A DNA stretch of 64,000 nucleotides from Lama glama (GCA_028534125.1 CM052816.1:25174001-25238000), one strand, 5' to 3'; numbered from the stretch's first letter, positions 23,611-37,282 are shown. Notes: generated from the sequence alone by a model not told the origin. Program-made: numbers and translations.

Positions 23611-25218
23611 AATTAAGTTGAATTGTATTTGACTTTAATTGAAGAAAAGGAAACTGAAGTGAGAGTTAAAGAATTACTGAAGTGTGTGTGTATGTGTGTG
23701 TGTAGCACACTCGTTCATGCAAGACACATCTGTTAATGATAGCTTTTAAATTAAGAGTAACAAAATTTAATGTCTTTTATTTTTAGCAAAATTTCTAGTT
23801 TAGTAAAAGGTGTTATGTGGCTTTCAGAATAGTTGGGAGAGCTGGAGGACCAGATTCATGACTGATATTCAATGAATAATGTACAGAACCATATCAAAGA
23901 TTAAATGTGATTAAGAAGACACTATCACCACTTCTACCATTCACACTTGAGATGCTAGAAATGTTATTTGACAAGTGTTACTAAAATCTGAACGTATTCG
24001 TTCATCCATTCCATGAGAAAAAAACCAAACAACAGAAGAAAAGAAGTAACAATAAAACTAAACATAGCTGGATTAGTTATATTTCTTGCTTCCAATTTTT
24101 TAAATTGAAGACTCACAGGAAATCTTCTGTTTAGTAGAACCTGCACTTCAGCTCCGTGGTGGCTAGAGAAGCAAGTGTTCCGGATTGTACTTCCTTGTCC
24201 GTCCAGCAAACTGGGACTCATAATACAGGAATTTGTCTTGCTGTTGGAATTTTGGAATGAATAGTCATAATAATTATCTGTTTCAAGAGTGTTTGCTGAT
24301 CTTACCATTTTTTTTCACTCACTTCTTCCTTTTCCTGGAGCACACTCAGTAATACTTACTGAGAAATTGTACATGGGAGGTAATATTTTGAGGACTTGCA
24401 TGTCTAAAGAATTATTTTTAACTACACATTTCAAGCTTGAAAAATATTTGACTCTCTGCTAAAAAATATGAGAAAAATATCACTCATGCTTCCTCCCACA
24501 TTTGCTCTTTTAGCTTTTATTTTTTATTATATTATCATTTTAACATTTCCAAGAAGTATACATTCACATTAGACTATGTAACTATAGTTACTTTAGTTCT
24601 GTCATCCTCTGTGTTGACGTAAATGGATTCAACTATCAGTAACCATGCTTTTCTACAGTTTCTATTTTCCTAAGCTCTTTATTTTGTGTTATCACTCATT
24701 TGGCTAAATATCATTATACAAGAGTAAGAAGTCATATCCTTTAAATATAAAAGGTAGTTTTACTACCTATAAATTTGGAGTGACAGTTTTTCTTAGAAAT
24801 GTATAAATATTTCCACATTTTTTCTGAAACTGAGTGTTTCTTTGCAGACCACTAAAAACTACTTGACATTCCCTTTTAATGTGACTTGCTCTTTCACTTA
24901 TTTGTGAATTCTCATATGATTTTTTCTTTATCCTTAAAGACTGAGGAATTTATCAGAATGCATGTATGTACTTATATCAATCCCTCTGTATCCATTTTTT
25001 CTACAACACTGTGAGACTCATTCAGTAAATTCAAACCTGATGTATTTCAGGACAGGTTAACTGTGTACATAAATTTTGTGATACTTGTTCTTTTCTTAGA
25101 AACAAAAGTTATATATAGTTCAATATCTTTTGCTGTATTCATAATTTTTTCCATAGTCATGTTCATGTTTTGTTTTGTTTTCTATTTTGTTTATATGATT
25201 TACTTCAACCTATGATAC

Positions 25219-28200
25219 TTTTTTAAATTGAAGTATAGTTGATACACATTTTGTTAGTTTTAGGTGTACGGTGTAGTGATTTTTTTTTTTGGCAGTATAT
25301 ATTCCATTTCAAGTTATTGCAAGATATTGGAGATAATTCCCTGTGCTATATAGTAAGTCCTTATTGCTTATCTATTTTATGTTTAGTAATTTCTATTAAT
25401 CCCAAAATCCTAATCTGCCCTCCGTGCCTCCCTCTTTCCTTTGATAACCGTAAGTTTGTTTTCTATGTCTGTGAGTCTATTTCTGGTTTGTATATAGATT
25501 TATTTGTATTATTTTTTAGATTCTACATATGAATGATATCATATAGTACTGTTCTTTCTCTGATTCATTTCACTAAGCACAGTATTCTCTAGGTCCATTC
25601 ATGTTGCCACAAATGGCAACATTTCATTCTTTTTATGACTGAGTAATATTCCATTGTATATATATACACCACATCTTCTTAAGCCAGTCATCTCTTGATA
25701 GGCACTTGGATTATCTCCATGTCTTGGTTATTGTAAATGGTGCTGCTATGAACATTGGGGTGCATGTACCTTTTCAAAGTAGAGGTTTTTGGGTTTTTTT
25801 TCTGAATGTGTACCCAAGAGCTGGATCAATGGATCATAAAGTAGCTCTATTTTTAGTTTTTTAAGGAAACTCCATACTGTTTTTTATAGTGGCTGCACCA
25901 ATTTATATTCCCATCAACAATGGAACATGGGTTCCATTTTCTCCTTACCCTCTCCAGCATTTATATGTAGACTTTTAAATAGTAACCATTCTCATAGGCG
26001 TAAAATGATACTTCATTGTGGTTTGATTTGTGATATTACTCTAATAAACAGCAATGTTGAGCATCTTTTCATATGCCTATTAGCTATCTGTATGCATGTT
26101 TTAGAGAAATGTCTATTTAGTCTTCTGCCCATTTTTTGATTCAGTTTGTTTTTTCAATATTGACTTATATGAGTTGTTTTGGGTATAAACCCCTTGTTAG
26201 TCACATCATTCACAGATATTTTCTTCCATTCCATAGGTTGTCTTTTCATTTTGGTGATGGTTTCCTTTGCTGTACAAAAGCTTTTAAGTTTGATTAGATC
26301 ATATTTGTTTATTTTTACTTTTATTTCCTTTGCTTGAGAGACTGATCTAAGAAATTATTGCTGTGATTTATGTCAAACAATATTTTGCCTGTATTCTCTT
26401 CTAGGCTATTTATGATGTCATATTTTACATTTAGATCTTTAAACCATTTTGAATTAATTTTTGTACATAGTATGTGGGAGTGTTCTAATCTCATTGATTT
26501 ACATATAGCTTTCCAGCTTTCCCAACACCACTTGTTGAAAAGACTATCTTTTTGCCATAGTATATTCTTTCTTCCTTTGTCATAGATTAGTTGACAGCAG
26601 GTGTGTGGATTTATTGCTCTGCTCTCTGTTCTGTTGATCTATATGTCTGTTTTTGTGCCAATATTATGCTTTTTTGATTACTGTCACTTTGTAGTATAGT
26701 CTGAAGTCTGGCAGGGTTAAACCTCTGCTTTGTTCTTTTTTCTCAGGATTGCTTTGGAAATTCAAATCTTTTGTGGTTCCATATATTAGGATTATTTGTT
26801 CTAGTTCTGTGAAAAATATGGTTATGTTGATAGAGACTGCACGAAATCTGTAGATTGCTTTGGATAGCATGGCTGTTTTAACAATATTAATTCTTCCAAT
26901 CCAAGAGCATGGGATATCTTTCTATTTCTATGAATCATCTTCAGTTTCCTTTATCAGTGTTTTATAGGTTTCAGTGTGTAGGTGTTTTATTTCTCTGGTT
27001 AAGTTTATTCCTCCGTGTTTTTGTTTTCGTTTTTTTAATGTAATTTTAAATGAGACTGTTTTGTTTTAGGTTTTTTGGTTTTTTTTTTTTTTTTTACTCT
27101 CTTTACAATAGTTCATTATTACTATAAAGAAATGCAACAGACTTCTGTATATTTATTTTTAGCCTGCTACCTTGCTGAATTCATTGATTAGTTCTAATAG
27201 TTTTTGTGTGGAGATTTTACAATTCTCTATATAGATTGTTATGTCATCTGCAAATAGTGACAGTTTTACTTTATAACTTTTATTTATTTTTCTTGTCTAA
27301 TTGCCATGCCTAAGACTTTAAAAGTATGTCAGAGAGAAGTGGTGAGAGTGGGGATCCTTATCTTGTTCCTTAGTTTAGCAGGAATGCTTTCAGCTTTACA
27401 CCATTGTGTATTATGTTGATTGTGGGTTTGTCATAATTAGCCTTTATTATGTTGAAATATGTTCCCTCTATACCTACTTTGTTGAGTTTTTATCCTGAAT
27501 GGATGTTGAATTTTGTCAAACAAGTTTCTGCACCATGTGGTTTTGTCTTTCCTTTTGTTAATGGGGGTGTATCACATTGTTTGATTTGCATATATTGTAC
27601 TATTCTTTTGACCCTGGAATGAATCCAGTTTGATCATGGTATATGATTTGTTTTGTGTATTGTTGGATTTAGTTTGCTAATATTTTGTTGATGATTTTTG
27701 TATTATACTCATCAAAGATATTGGCTGGCAATTTTCTCTTTTTTTTTGTAGTGTCTTTATCTGGTTTTGGTATGGTGATGTTGGCCAGTGTCTTTATCTG
27801 GTTTTGGTATCAGGGTGATGCTGGCAATAAACATATAATGAATTTGGGAGTATTTCCTCTTCTTCAGTTTTTTGGAGTAATTTGAGAAGGATAAATATAA
27901 GTTCTTTTTAAGTTTGGTAGAATTCCCTAGTAAAGCCATCCAGTCCTAGACTTTTGTTTATAGGGAGTTTTTAAAATTAAAGATTCTATTTTACTTCTAG
28001 TGATCATTTTGTTCAAATTATCTCTTTCTTCTTGACTCAGTCTTGTGAGGCTTATGCTTTTAGGAACTTGTCCATTTCTTCTGGTTGTCCAATTTTTTGG
28101 CATATAATTGTTCATAGTATTGTCTTATGTTTTTTTTTTTTTGTATTTCTGTGGTATCGATTGTTATTTCTCCTCTTTCAGTTCTTATTTTGTTTATTTG

Positions 28201-28353
28201 GGTCTTCTCTCTTTTCTTCTTGGTGAGCCTGACTAGAGGTTTGTCATTTTTTTTTTTTATCTTTTCAAAAAAACCAGCTTTTGATTTTATTCAATTTTTA
28301 ATCTGTATTTTATGTTTTCCCTCTCTGATCTTTATTATATCCTTTCTCCTACT
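25219..28353 (-). mobile_element. Lineage L1, non-inverted 3' part (ORF2 post-endonuclease to poly(A)) of a 5'-inverted insertion
   Basis: TTTTTTAAATTGAAGTATAGTTGAT 3' end; decayed ORF2 peptides in the track ([28 protein letters not shown]). Confidence 0.95.
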
Positions 28354-30224
28354 GAAAACTTCCCAAACCTAAATAATAAAACAGATATCTAGGTACAGGA
28401 AGCAGAGAAGGGCTAAATAAAATGAATCCAAACAGACCCACACCAAAACATACCATAATTAAAATGATAAAAGTTAAAGAATGGATTATAAAGGCAGCAA
28501 GAGAAAAACAAAGAGTCATTTAGAAGGGAATCTGCATAAGATTATTATCTGATTTCTCTGCAGAAACTTTGCAGGCTAGAAAGGAGTGGTACTATACGTT
28601 AAAAGTCTTGAAAGGGGAATACCTGAAACCTAGGATACTCTACCCAGTAAGATTATCATTTAGAATAGAAAGAGAGATAAAGAAGTTCTCAGGCAAGCAA
28701 AAACTAAATCCTAAAGATAGGATTAGTTCAGCAGTACTAAGGCTAGCCTTAAAGAAATATTGAAAGATCTTCCCTTAATAGAAAAGAAGCAATAACCTAT
28801 AGGAAAGGGAAAATCACAATAGAAAAGACAAACATAGTAAGAATTGCAGATCACTTAAGCCAGTACATACATTAAAAAATAATCAAAAACTTGTTGAAGT
28901 GATTATAACTAAAACAAACAGTAAAAGATAAGCATGAAGATGTAAAATAGGACAGCAAAATCACAAAACGTAAGGGAGAGGAGTATAAAAATGTAGATCT
29001 TTTAGAATATATTTGAACTTGAATGACTATCATCTTGAAGTCATTTAGATACAGATGTAGTCATGGGTCAACATACTTGAACTCCATGGTAGCTACAAAT
29101 CAAAAACAGTAAAGTCACAAAAATCAAACAGAAATTAACTCAAGCATACTACAAAAGAATATCATTAAACCACAGCTGGAAAAAGAAAAAGAGATAAACA
29201 AAGAATAAATACAAAAACAACTGGAAAACAAAGATTAAAATGGCAATATATACATATCTCTCAATAATCCTTTGAATGTCAATGAACTAAGTGCTTACAT
29301 CAAAAGACACAGAGTGGCAGATTGGATAAACCTGCAACATGCTGCCTACAAGAGACTCATTTCAAGATGAAAGTGATACACAGACTATAAGTGAGGGGAC
29401 AGAAAATGATATTTTATGCAAATGGAAGTGACAAGGAAGTGGAGGTAGTAATAGTCGTATCAGACAAAATAGACTTTAAAACAAAAGCCATAAAGAAAGA
29501 CAAAGAAGGACATTATGTAATGATAAAGGGATCAACAAGAAGAGGATAGATACTACATTCATTAACACATATGTACCTAATATAGGAGCACCTAAATATG
29601 TAAAGTGTATACTAACAGGCATAAGAGGAGAAATTGACAGTAATACAATAATATAATAATAGTAAGAGACTTTCTAAGACCCTGCTGAAATCAACAGTCA
29701 CATCATCCAGACAGAAAATCAACAAGGCAAACAGGTCTTAAATGACACAATAGACCAATTGGACTTCCTTGATATCTACAGGACACTACCTCCAAAGACA
29801 AAAAACCAGAATATACATTCTTTTCAAGCATGAATGAATTGTTTTCTAGGATAGACGACATACTAGGTCATGAAACAAGCCTCAACAAATTTAAGAGGAT
29901 AGAAATTATTCAAACATCTTTTTTGACCACAACAGTATGAAAATAGAAAGCAACTACAACAAGAATAATGGGAACAGAATGAACATGTGGAGACTAAAAA
30001 GCAAGGTACTAAAAAAATCATTGAGTCAATGATGGAATCAAAGAAGAAATCAGAAAATACTTTGAGACAAAGAAAATGAAAACACGACAGCCCCAAATCT
30101 ATGAGGTGCAGCAAAAGCCATTCTAACAAGAAAGTTCATAGCACTATAGGCCTTCTTCAAGAAACAAGAGAAGTCTCAAATAAACAGCTTACTTTACCAC
30201 CTAAAATAATTTCAACAAGAACAA
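28352..30224 (+). mobile_element. Inverted 5' part of the same L1 (ORF1 C-half, inter-ORF region, ORF2 endonuclease)
   Basis: GAAAACTTCCCAAACCT (ENFPNL); track ORF 28569-28763 QARKEW..PRILYP..LSF is ORF1p C-terminal domain; ORF2 start near 29240 and TGCTGCCTACAAGAGACTCA (CCLQETH). Confidence 0.95.
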
Positions 30225-30792
30225 CCACTGTACCTTTGACTTTCTTTTCAGTGATGTTTCTTTTTGTTTGATTTTTTAATGTGACTTTCAGAGCTGTTAT
30301 ATTTTCATTGATCACTTGAGTTTCTTTTCTAAGATCTATAAGCTAGTTCAATTTTCAACCCTTTCTCCCTTTTATATTCCTGTATTTGAGTATAGTAACT
30401 CTTTTTTCATTTTTAAAATTTAAACCAATTACACCATCCATGATTTCTTTCTCCTGATCTCTTCTTTATCAGCTTTTTAAAACACTTTTAATCTTCTTTA
30501 AAAAGCATGCTTTAATGTGTGATTTATTATATTAGAGCTTTTGTGGTTACTTGATGAGAGACACATCTGGATGGCCCTGGAGTCCTTTCCCCTTTTAATA
30601 CCTTATCTGGGAGCTGGTTCAGTAGACTGAACTGGGCTGCAAAGAGCCAAAGTCTTTAGCTCATGTCATCATTCTTGGCATATGATCTGTTTCCAGGGCT
30701 CTTGGTTTATATCTCTTGAAGTTTGGTATACATATTCCTTATATTTATCCCAGGGCCCAGATATCACTTAATATATTTCTTGTTGCTTAGGG

Positions 30793-31136
30793 TAGGAATG
30801 AGCAAACACCATAACCCAAGTGCCAAATCCAGCTGCCTGTTTTTGAATGGAATGTGAGTTAAGAATAGTTTCTATATGTTTATATAGTTGAAAAAAATCC
30901 AAAGAAAAATAATTCTTGAAACATGAAAGTTATATGAAATTCAAATTTCAGTGTCCATAAATCAAGTTTTGTTAAAAGAGAGCTCTGCTCATTTGTTATG
31001 TACTATCTATGGCTACTTTTTTACTGCCACAGCACAGTAGAGTATTTGCAATGGAGAACATAAGGCCTACAGAGGCTGTTTTTGAATCAAATACAATACT
31101 ATCTGGTCCTTTAGAAAAAAAGTTAGCCTACTCCTG
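30793..31136 (+). mobile_element. MER58B (hAT-Charlie)
   Basis: GCCAAATCCAGC, TTATATGAAATTCAAATTTCAGTGTCCATAAAT, TACTATCTGGTCCTTT; about 340 bp. Confidence 0.9.
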
Positions 31137-34100
31137 ATTAGAGAAACTAGGTGTTCCCAGGTCCCATGTTAGACTTACGTATAATTATGTTATGTGGTAT
31201 TAGGTACACACTCACTCTTGGGATCCTCAGTTGCATGTCCAGCATACTAACCTAGTCAGACCCTCTCTCCTAGACCTTTGGTTTTGATGCATAAAGAACA
31301 TCTATGTCCAGCCCATGTTAGAGAAAAAATGAAAGTATGGGGTCTATATCTACCCTACTATTTCTCTGCTTATGAAACTTCCCTCAATGAGTTCTATGTT
31401 ACGCTGGAACTGTGTGGTGCTAGTGATGTGTGCCTGTTACCCTCTTGTATGATTTTATTCATCTTTGAATGTTAATCAGTGCTAATAGAAAGTCATGTGG
31501 GGTCAAACTGGGCATGTGGTGCCTGGAAGACCTAGGAGAATCTGAAGCAATTCACCGCCTGTATTTTATTTTTGATGTTTGTTGTACACAATTATTTTGG
31601 TCTTTCATCTCTATCTTCCCCACCATTTTGAGATATCAAGCTGAATCTCCACTGGGACATTTTTTTCCTGTCTTTCTAGACAACCCTAGATCTCATCTTA
31701 TAATTAACCATGATCATTTGGTATGCCATCTTAACAACTAAGAAAATTGTAAATTGTTCCTGATATATCATTTTGATTACCATTTGGCAAACGATTTGGC
31801 GAGTGATCTTAAAGATTTGTTCTTTGAGTCATGATAATTTTCTAGCTTCCCTTATGGTGGAATATTTTCTTCTATCATTTATTGTTTTATGTTGGTGGTG
31901 AGATTGGAAGAAGCAGAGGGAAGGAAAATTTTCTTCTGCCGTCTTAAACTAGAAATTCCATGCTGTCGTTATACCCTTACAATTTCTCAGAATCGTGTAT
32001 AATTGATTTTGCTCTCTGCCCCTGAATTTAATTTGTCCTGACATTAAACTACTAAGGTTTTTAGCTGTGCAAGAAAAATCACTAAGACTTGTTTAAACTT
32101 TGCAATTTGACATTCTTAGGACTATCCTTTCAATTGGATATACTAAGCTTATACTAATAAGAGTGGACAGTTAAGCCTTTTTAAAAATATAGCACCTATT
32201 ATGTCTTCCACTAGAAAGAAAATAATGTTGATTTCCAAAGAAATTTGAGTCGTAATTATGAAATACTTCCCTCAGTTCCCCACTATCAGCTACCAAGAAT
32301 TTGCTTTCATTTAGTCTTTGAAACCAAGTTAACCTATTCATTCTATTTTTTGCAAACTCTAATTTTTGTAATACTTGAAGACATTGTATATGCCTCCCAC
32401 AATACTCCTTAGAAATTGCATGATTCAAGTTTATTGTGAATTCCCAACTAGACAAGGGTATCAGGATTTTCTCTTCTTTCTTTCTTCTTGTTTTCAAATT
32501 GATATTTCTGTGATAAGATATTTTAGAGTTAGTAAGCCAAGACCAAAAGAATAAAATGCTTAGGAATGCCAATTGTTCACAAGATAACAATATGGATAAC
32601 ATATAAAGAAGGTTTCTTTTAATTAATAAAACTGCCTTAAGAACAATCAATCACAAGATATGAAGACGTGTAGACCCAAGAGCTAGTAGCATGTTTGGGA
32701 GTTAAAACAAATACAATCTTTAGAGATTTATTTTCTCTTGAGTACAAGGAAAAGTCAAAATATTTACAGATGGATGTGAGCCATGCTTGAAATTTTTTAA
32801 AAATTGCTTTACCTTTGTTTAGAATTCCTTGATGTCTAATAAATAACATTTTCTAAGGAAAAAAAATAAATTTTAAGTATGATAAATCAAAACTTTTGAT
32901 TAGCTCTTTTTAAATTCTTTTATTTCCTCAGTTGAAAAGAATTTATGGGTATAAAGGAGAAATTATTCAAAGACAGAATAGCATAAATTGGAAAAACCTC
33001 TCATGACTAAGGCAATTGAACAAAGCAGATGTTTATTGGATTATTTTCCCCAACACTTTAATGAGTAAGGATGTTGCCAGCAATTGTTTTCTTTCCTGTC
33101 TTCATAGTGGAGAACCATTAAAATGAAATAAAAAATGATGCACACTGCAAAGATCTACCAAAAAATCCACATTTTTACTGGTCTTAATTCATAGATAAGT
33201 GTTGGAATAGTCTTACAATGTCAGTTCTTTTCATATAGTTTGTCTTCTGGTATTTATAGCATTATAACTCACATTGCATTATTAACTACCACAGTAAACA
33301 AGTTCTTTAATATACTTAAGAATTATTTTCTCATTTAAAGCTGAGATTTTTAAAATATTTATATTTAGTTAAAGAACTTTTGTATTAACTTTCATATAAT
33401 GACTTAATAAAAGTATCAGTTTATCTCATGTGGTTATGGTTGTTGGTATATATGGCTTAAATGAATATCCTACATTGACTATTTATTCAAGAAATAACAT
33501 AATATGACATAAATAATATTCCATTCCTCAATCATACAGGTTTTATTATCTTCATTTACATTGCCTTCTTCTATGTCATGAACTTACGTATCATTATGAA
33601 TACTCATAGTTTGGTATCTTCCATTTAGGAATCAGTGTCTACATAGAAAATGCGAAAGTTGGAATGGACAAGAAGCTATTGCATCCGTGAAGTAGTAACA
33701 TGTAAGTACTATTAAACTCTTATATCCCTACTCTAGGGAAGGAATAGTTAAGTATTGTATTGTTAATTATGTGCAACTATTTATAACTGAAAGTAAAAAG
33801 ACTGAATAATTGAGAACAAAGAAGTATCCAAATACTTACTAGTTCTGATAAATACTATAACCTATGTATGCAAAACTGTGCTATTCTGAGTCCCCAAACT
33901 TCCTTTCCCTCACAGATATTTTATCTTCCATGTGACAGAATGTCTCATATGAAGCAGTTCCCCCAAAAGGTGTTTTGATTCTAATTAGTATATGGCCAGC
34001 ATGATTTCAGCTTCAAAAGAGCAAATTAATGATAGCCAACATGATTTCAACTTTATGTCTTAGAAAATGACATCAAAGTACTTGGTAGTATTGGCTGTAA

Positions 34101-34697
34101 CATCATGAAAAGTTAGGAGTAAGTCTGATAAAAACACCAAGACTTCTGTTTGGTCCATGAAGCACAGAATTATTCTGTTACACACATGCAACACATACAA
34201 ACGTAAATAACACATGGTACTGTTAGGGTCTGAAAAGAAAATTCAGCATCTATTTTTAAACAGGCAAAACAATACCACCATCCTATTTCATTTACTGAGT
34301 TATTGAAAGGGTTTTCTGACATAATTTGACTAAAAGTCTTTGTAGTAATTCCCACCACATGTTGATTATTATCATTAAATCTTAACCTTCACAGTAGCTA
34401 AAATCTAGCATAACTCATATGCTGACTTCGATGTAAATATTATGCTTTTCAATAAAGCTTTATGATACTGGTAATTAACCATATGTGTAGCTAACATCTA
34501 CTTTATGGACTTGATAGTAATGAAAAATCAGATGTTCCTGTTTGTTTATTTAGTTGATAATTGCAGAAACACTCCTTGAGGCACTCAAAAGACCAACTTC
34601 AAAGTTCTATAGATTTAATTTATACCCACTATACCTCCAAAGGGATCTGATATAGCTACAAACTTCAGTAAGTTATAAATTAGGAAAATCTTCAGAC

Positions 34698-35882
34698 TAG
34701 CATTTTACAAAGTATGTTCTAAATAAATTAGCTCCATGAAAGTTTAAAAATATAGCAAAGGGGGAAAAAGTTATGTAGTTAAATAAACTGAAAACTAGAT
34801 AGTAGGTTTCTTTGGCGACACAGATTTTTTTAGCATAGATAGATTTTCTTGAAGAAACGTACATTGTGCGTCCACAATGGGGGCATGAAGTGTATATAAG
34901 AATAATTCCCTATTTCTCCTCTATTCACATATTCAATGCTTATAACTCCAGATGTGTAGGGTTTTCCCCCACACCAAGCCGCTCTTTACAACAACTGGGT
35001 GTCCTGCAATTTAATTCAGTTCTGACTAACCGAAGTTAGTGCAGACAGCACGCGTGAAGGACTTAGTTCCTCAAACCTGCTCCCTATTTCAGACACCTAT
35101 CACGAGTAAAAAGCCCCCATGTTATCTACAACTTCTGTCCAACTTGACTACAAATTGGAGGTTTCTATGGATTTGATCACTTGCTGAAAAAGCTCACTCA
35201 ATTCAGAGAAATGCTTATATTTACCAATGTATTATTTTTTCTTTTTTTCCAATGTATTATATAATATAGAATACAGATGAACAGCTGGATGGAGATATAT
35301 AGAGTGAGGTCTAGAAAGATCCTGAGTTCAGCAGCTTCTGTCCTCATGGAGTTGGGGTGTGCCACCCTCCTGGCACACGGAAACTACCCTGACTCCTTAC
35401 TATTAGGAGGCTTCATCATATAGGCATGATCAATTATCTCTATTCCTTGTTCCTTTGTGGGGAATAAGGGATGGGGCTAAAAGTTTTAAGCTTCTAATCA
35501 TGGCTTGGTCTTTCTGGTGACTAGCCCACACCCACCAAGAGTCAACTCATTAGAATACAGGATGTTCCTAATCACTCAGGAAATTCCAAGGGATTTAGAA
35601 GCTCAGTGTCAAATGCTCCTATCACTCAGGAAATTACAAAAGTTTTAGGATTTCTGTGTCAGTAACCAAGGTCAAAGACTAAATATAAGAACAAAAGCTT
35701 CTCTTAGTACCCTGTTTATGAGGGTTTTAGGAGCTCTGTGCCAGGCACTAGAGGCAGAGACCGATATAGATATAATTCTTACTGTTGCACAGCATGTTAT
35801 GTTTCTCAAATACATTTGTCTACTGTGAGCAACTTACTTCACTTAGGAATATGTTCTGCTATATGCATTTTTGGAAATGCTA
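34698..35882. mobile_element. MER112-like hAT MITE split by MER21
   Basis: Ends TAGCATTTTACAAAGTATGTTC and CATTTTTGGAAATGCTA; internal AGGTTTCTTT; degenerate TSD CTTCAGAC/TTTTAAAC. Confidence 0.65.
34891..35791 (-). mobile_element. MER21B-like solo LTR
   Basis: CTGGGTGTCCTGCAATTTAATTCAGTTCTGAC, CTTCTGTCCTCATGGAGTTGGGGTGTGCCACCCTCCTGGCAC, CTAATCATGGCTTGGTCTTTCTGGTGAC and repeated ATCACTCAGGAAATT. Confidence 0.9.
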
Positions 35883-37239
35883 TTTTAAACCATAATATTA
35901 AAGTACGTCACTGAGAATTTTCCTGTTGTCCTGTTGTCTTCTTCAGTGAGCTACTTTTAATTTTATAATCAGCTGCTCCTGGATTCCTTCTGATGACTGA
36001 TAAGGACTACAGGCAAAACTAGGACTGGACTAGAAGAGCTACTGTCAGGAGTCCTACAGTTCTATGGTAGTAGGACAGAGGAGGGAAAAAGAAAGCAACA
36101 TTTAGAACTTTCTGCCCTTCTTGTAGAAAATCTTTTTCCTCCACTACCTCACCTCTACCACCACCACCATACAGTTCTTTGGCCAAAATCCTAGTGCCCA
36201 GAACCTGAATCTCCACCTTGCATCACCAATCTCTGGTAGGACTACATTCTAATCCTTAGCCTTACAGTCTTCTTTTCCTCAAGGCATTGTGGCTGTCTGA
36301 TTTAGTGGGTGTCAGAGGGCAAACATGTCTGGAAGAGGCCACAGTATGTAAATGATAGCAAAAGTACTAGCAAAGAGCATTATAACAGTTATCTTGGAGA
36401 CGAAATTACAAGTGTTAAGGCAGTTTGAGGTCAGTGGAAATCTCCATCATATTTCAGAGGCTTTGGGGCTTACTATTGCTCTAGGGAAGTACTGTGATAA
36501 TAAAAGCAAAATATAAGCCTAAGGATCTTTAAATGCTATTAATTAGATTCATCATAAAAGGACTGTGAAATTAGAATTGTTGTGTTCTCAATTGTAATTT
36601 AATTGCATTAAGATGACAAAATTTTGTTTGACAATGGTGGTTCAAGACATTCAACAGAAAGTGATGCTTCAAATACAGAAAATTGTTTAATACTAAACTG
36701 TCAGAAAAGTATAACATACTGTTTGAAAGCATGGCTATACCATATGCTTATGAGTACATGAGCTGTACATACCTGATACCACGCACTGGCAAGAACATTT
36801 TTTTTTGGCATGTGAAGGGAGACCTGAAGTTAGGTTGTTATTCTTTTTCTAAGAAATATTTTTATGTGATTAAATGTAAAAAGAAGGAATGATATAATTT
36901 TTAATATAATTTATTGCAACTTACAGACATCTTATAAAAATTCATTATAAAAGCAAGAGACAGAAATTATAACACCTCTGTGAGTACCTTATAAAACTTT
37001 AAAAAAAATTTCCAATGCTAGAGACTGTTCAGAAAAACTTTTGACTCCTTAAAAATTACTACAACTTTTTAAAGGCTATGTGACTTATGCTTTGGTAATC
37101 ATTGATGCTCTACTTGTCAGCTTTAGTTGGAAATAAGAGAGAGAACTAAGGTATTAGAGAATTAGTGTAAAGGCAGCCACTAGAGCAATATAAACCCTCC
37201 TAAATATCAAAAGAAATAGTTAACTGCTGAAAGAAATAA

Positions 37240-37282
37240 AGGAAAGAGGGCAGGGAGGGAGGGAGGGAAGGAAGGAGGAAAT
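37240..37282. repeat. (GGGA/GGAA)n simple repeat
   Basis: Seen directly. Confidence 0.8.

Larger units (their letters stand above)
24120..31960 (-). mobile_element. HAL1/L1ME-like ancient element(s) hosting a younger L1 and MER58B
   Basis: GGAGCACAC..CTGAGAAA..CATGGGAGGTAA..GACTTGCATGTCT near 24340-24410; ORF1-like antisense sequence at 24800-25215 and 30230-30540; 5' terminus TCTGCCGTCTTAAACTAGAAATTC near 31935-31958. Confidence 0.5.

Noticed and set aside
24111..24245. Minus-strand exon-like unit (acceptor CCAACAG, donor GTGAGT)
   Set aside because: It lies at the edge of HAL1-like sequence, its peptides are unrecognised, and I found no partner exons.
32171..32650. 159-aa minus-strand ORF
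   Set aside because: AT-rich and biased to Leu/Ile/Lys/Phe, with no convincing splice sites and no recognisable homology.
35555..35750. Repeated ATCACTCAGGAAATT..TTAG..TGTCA units resembling a spaced repeat array
   Set aside because: These are intrinsic internal repeats of MER21B-type LTRs, without unique spacers. Not CRISPR.
36143..36151. ACTACCTCA (let-7 seed match; TGAGGTAGT on the minus strand)
   Set aside because: The match ends after 9 nt, with no hairpin and no evidence of a 3' UTR.
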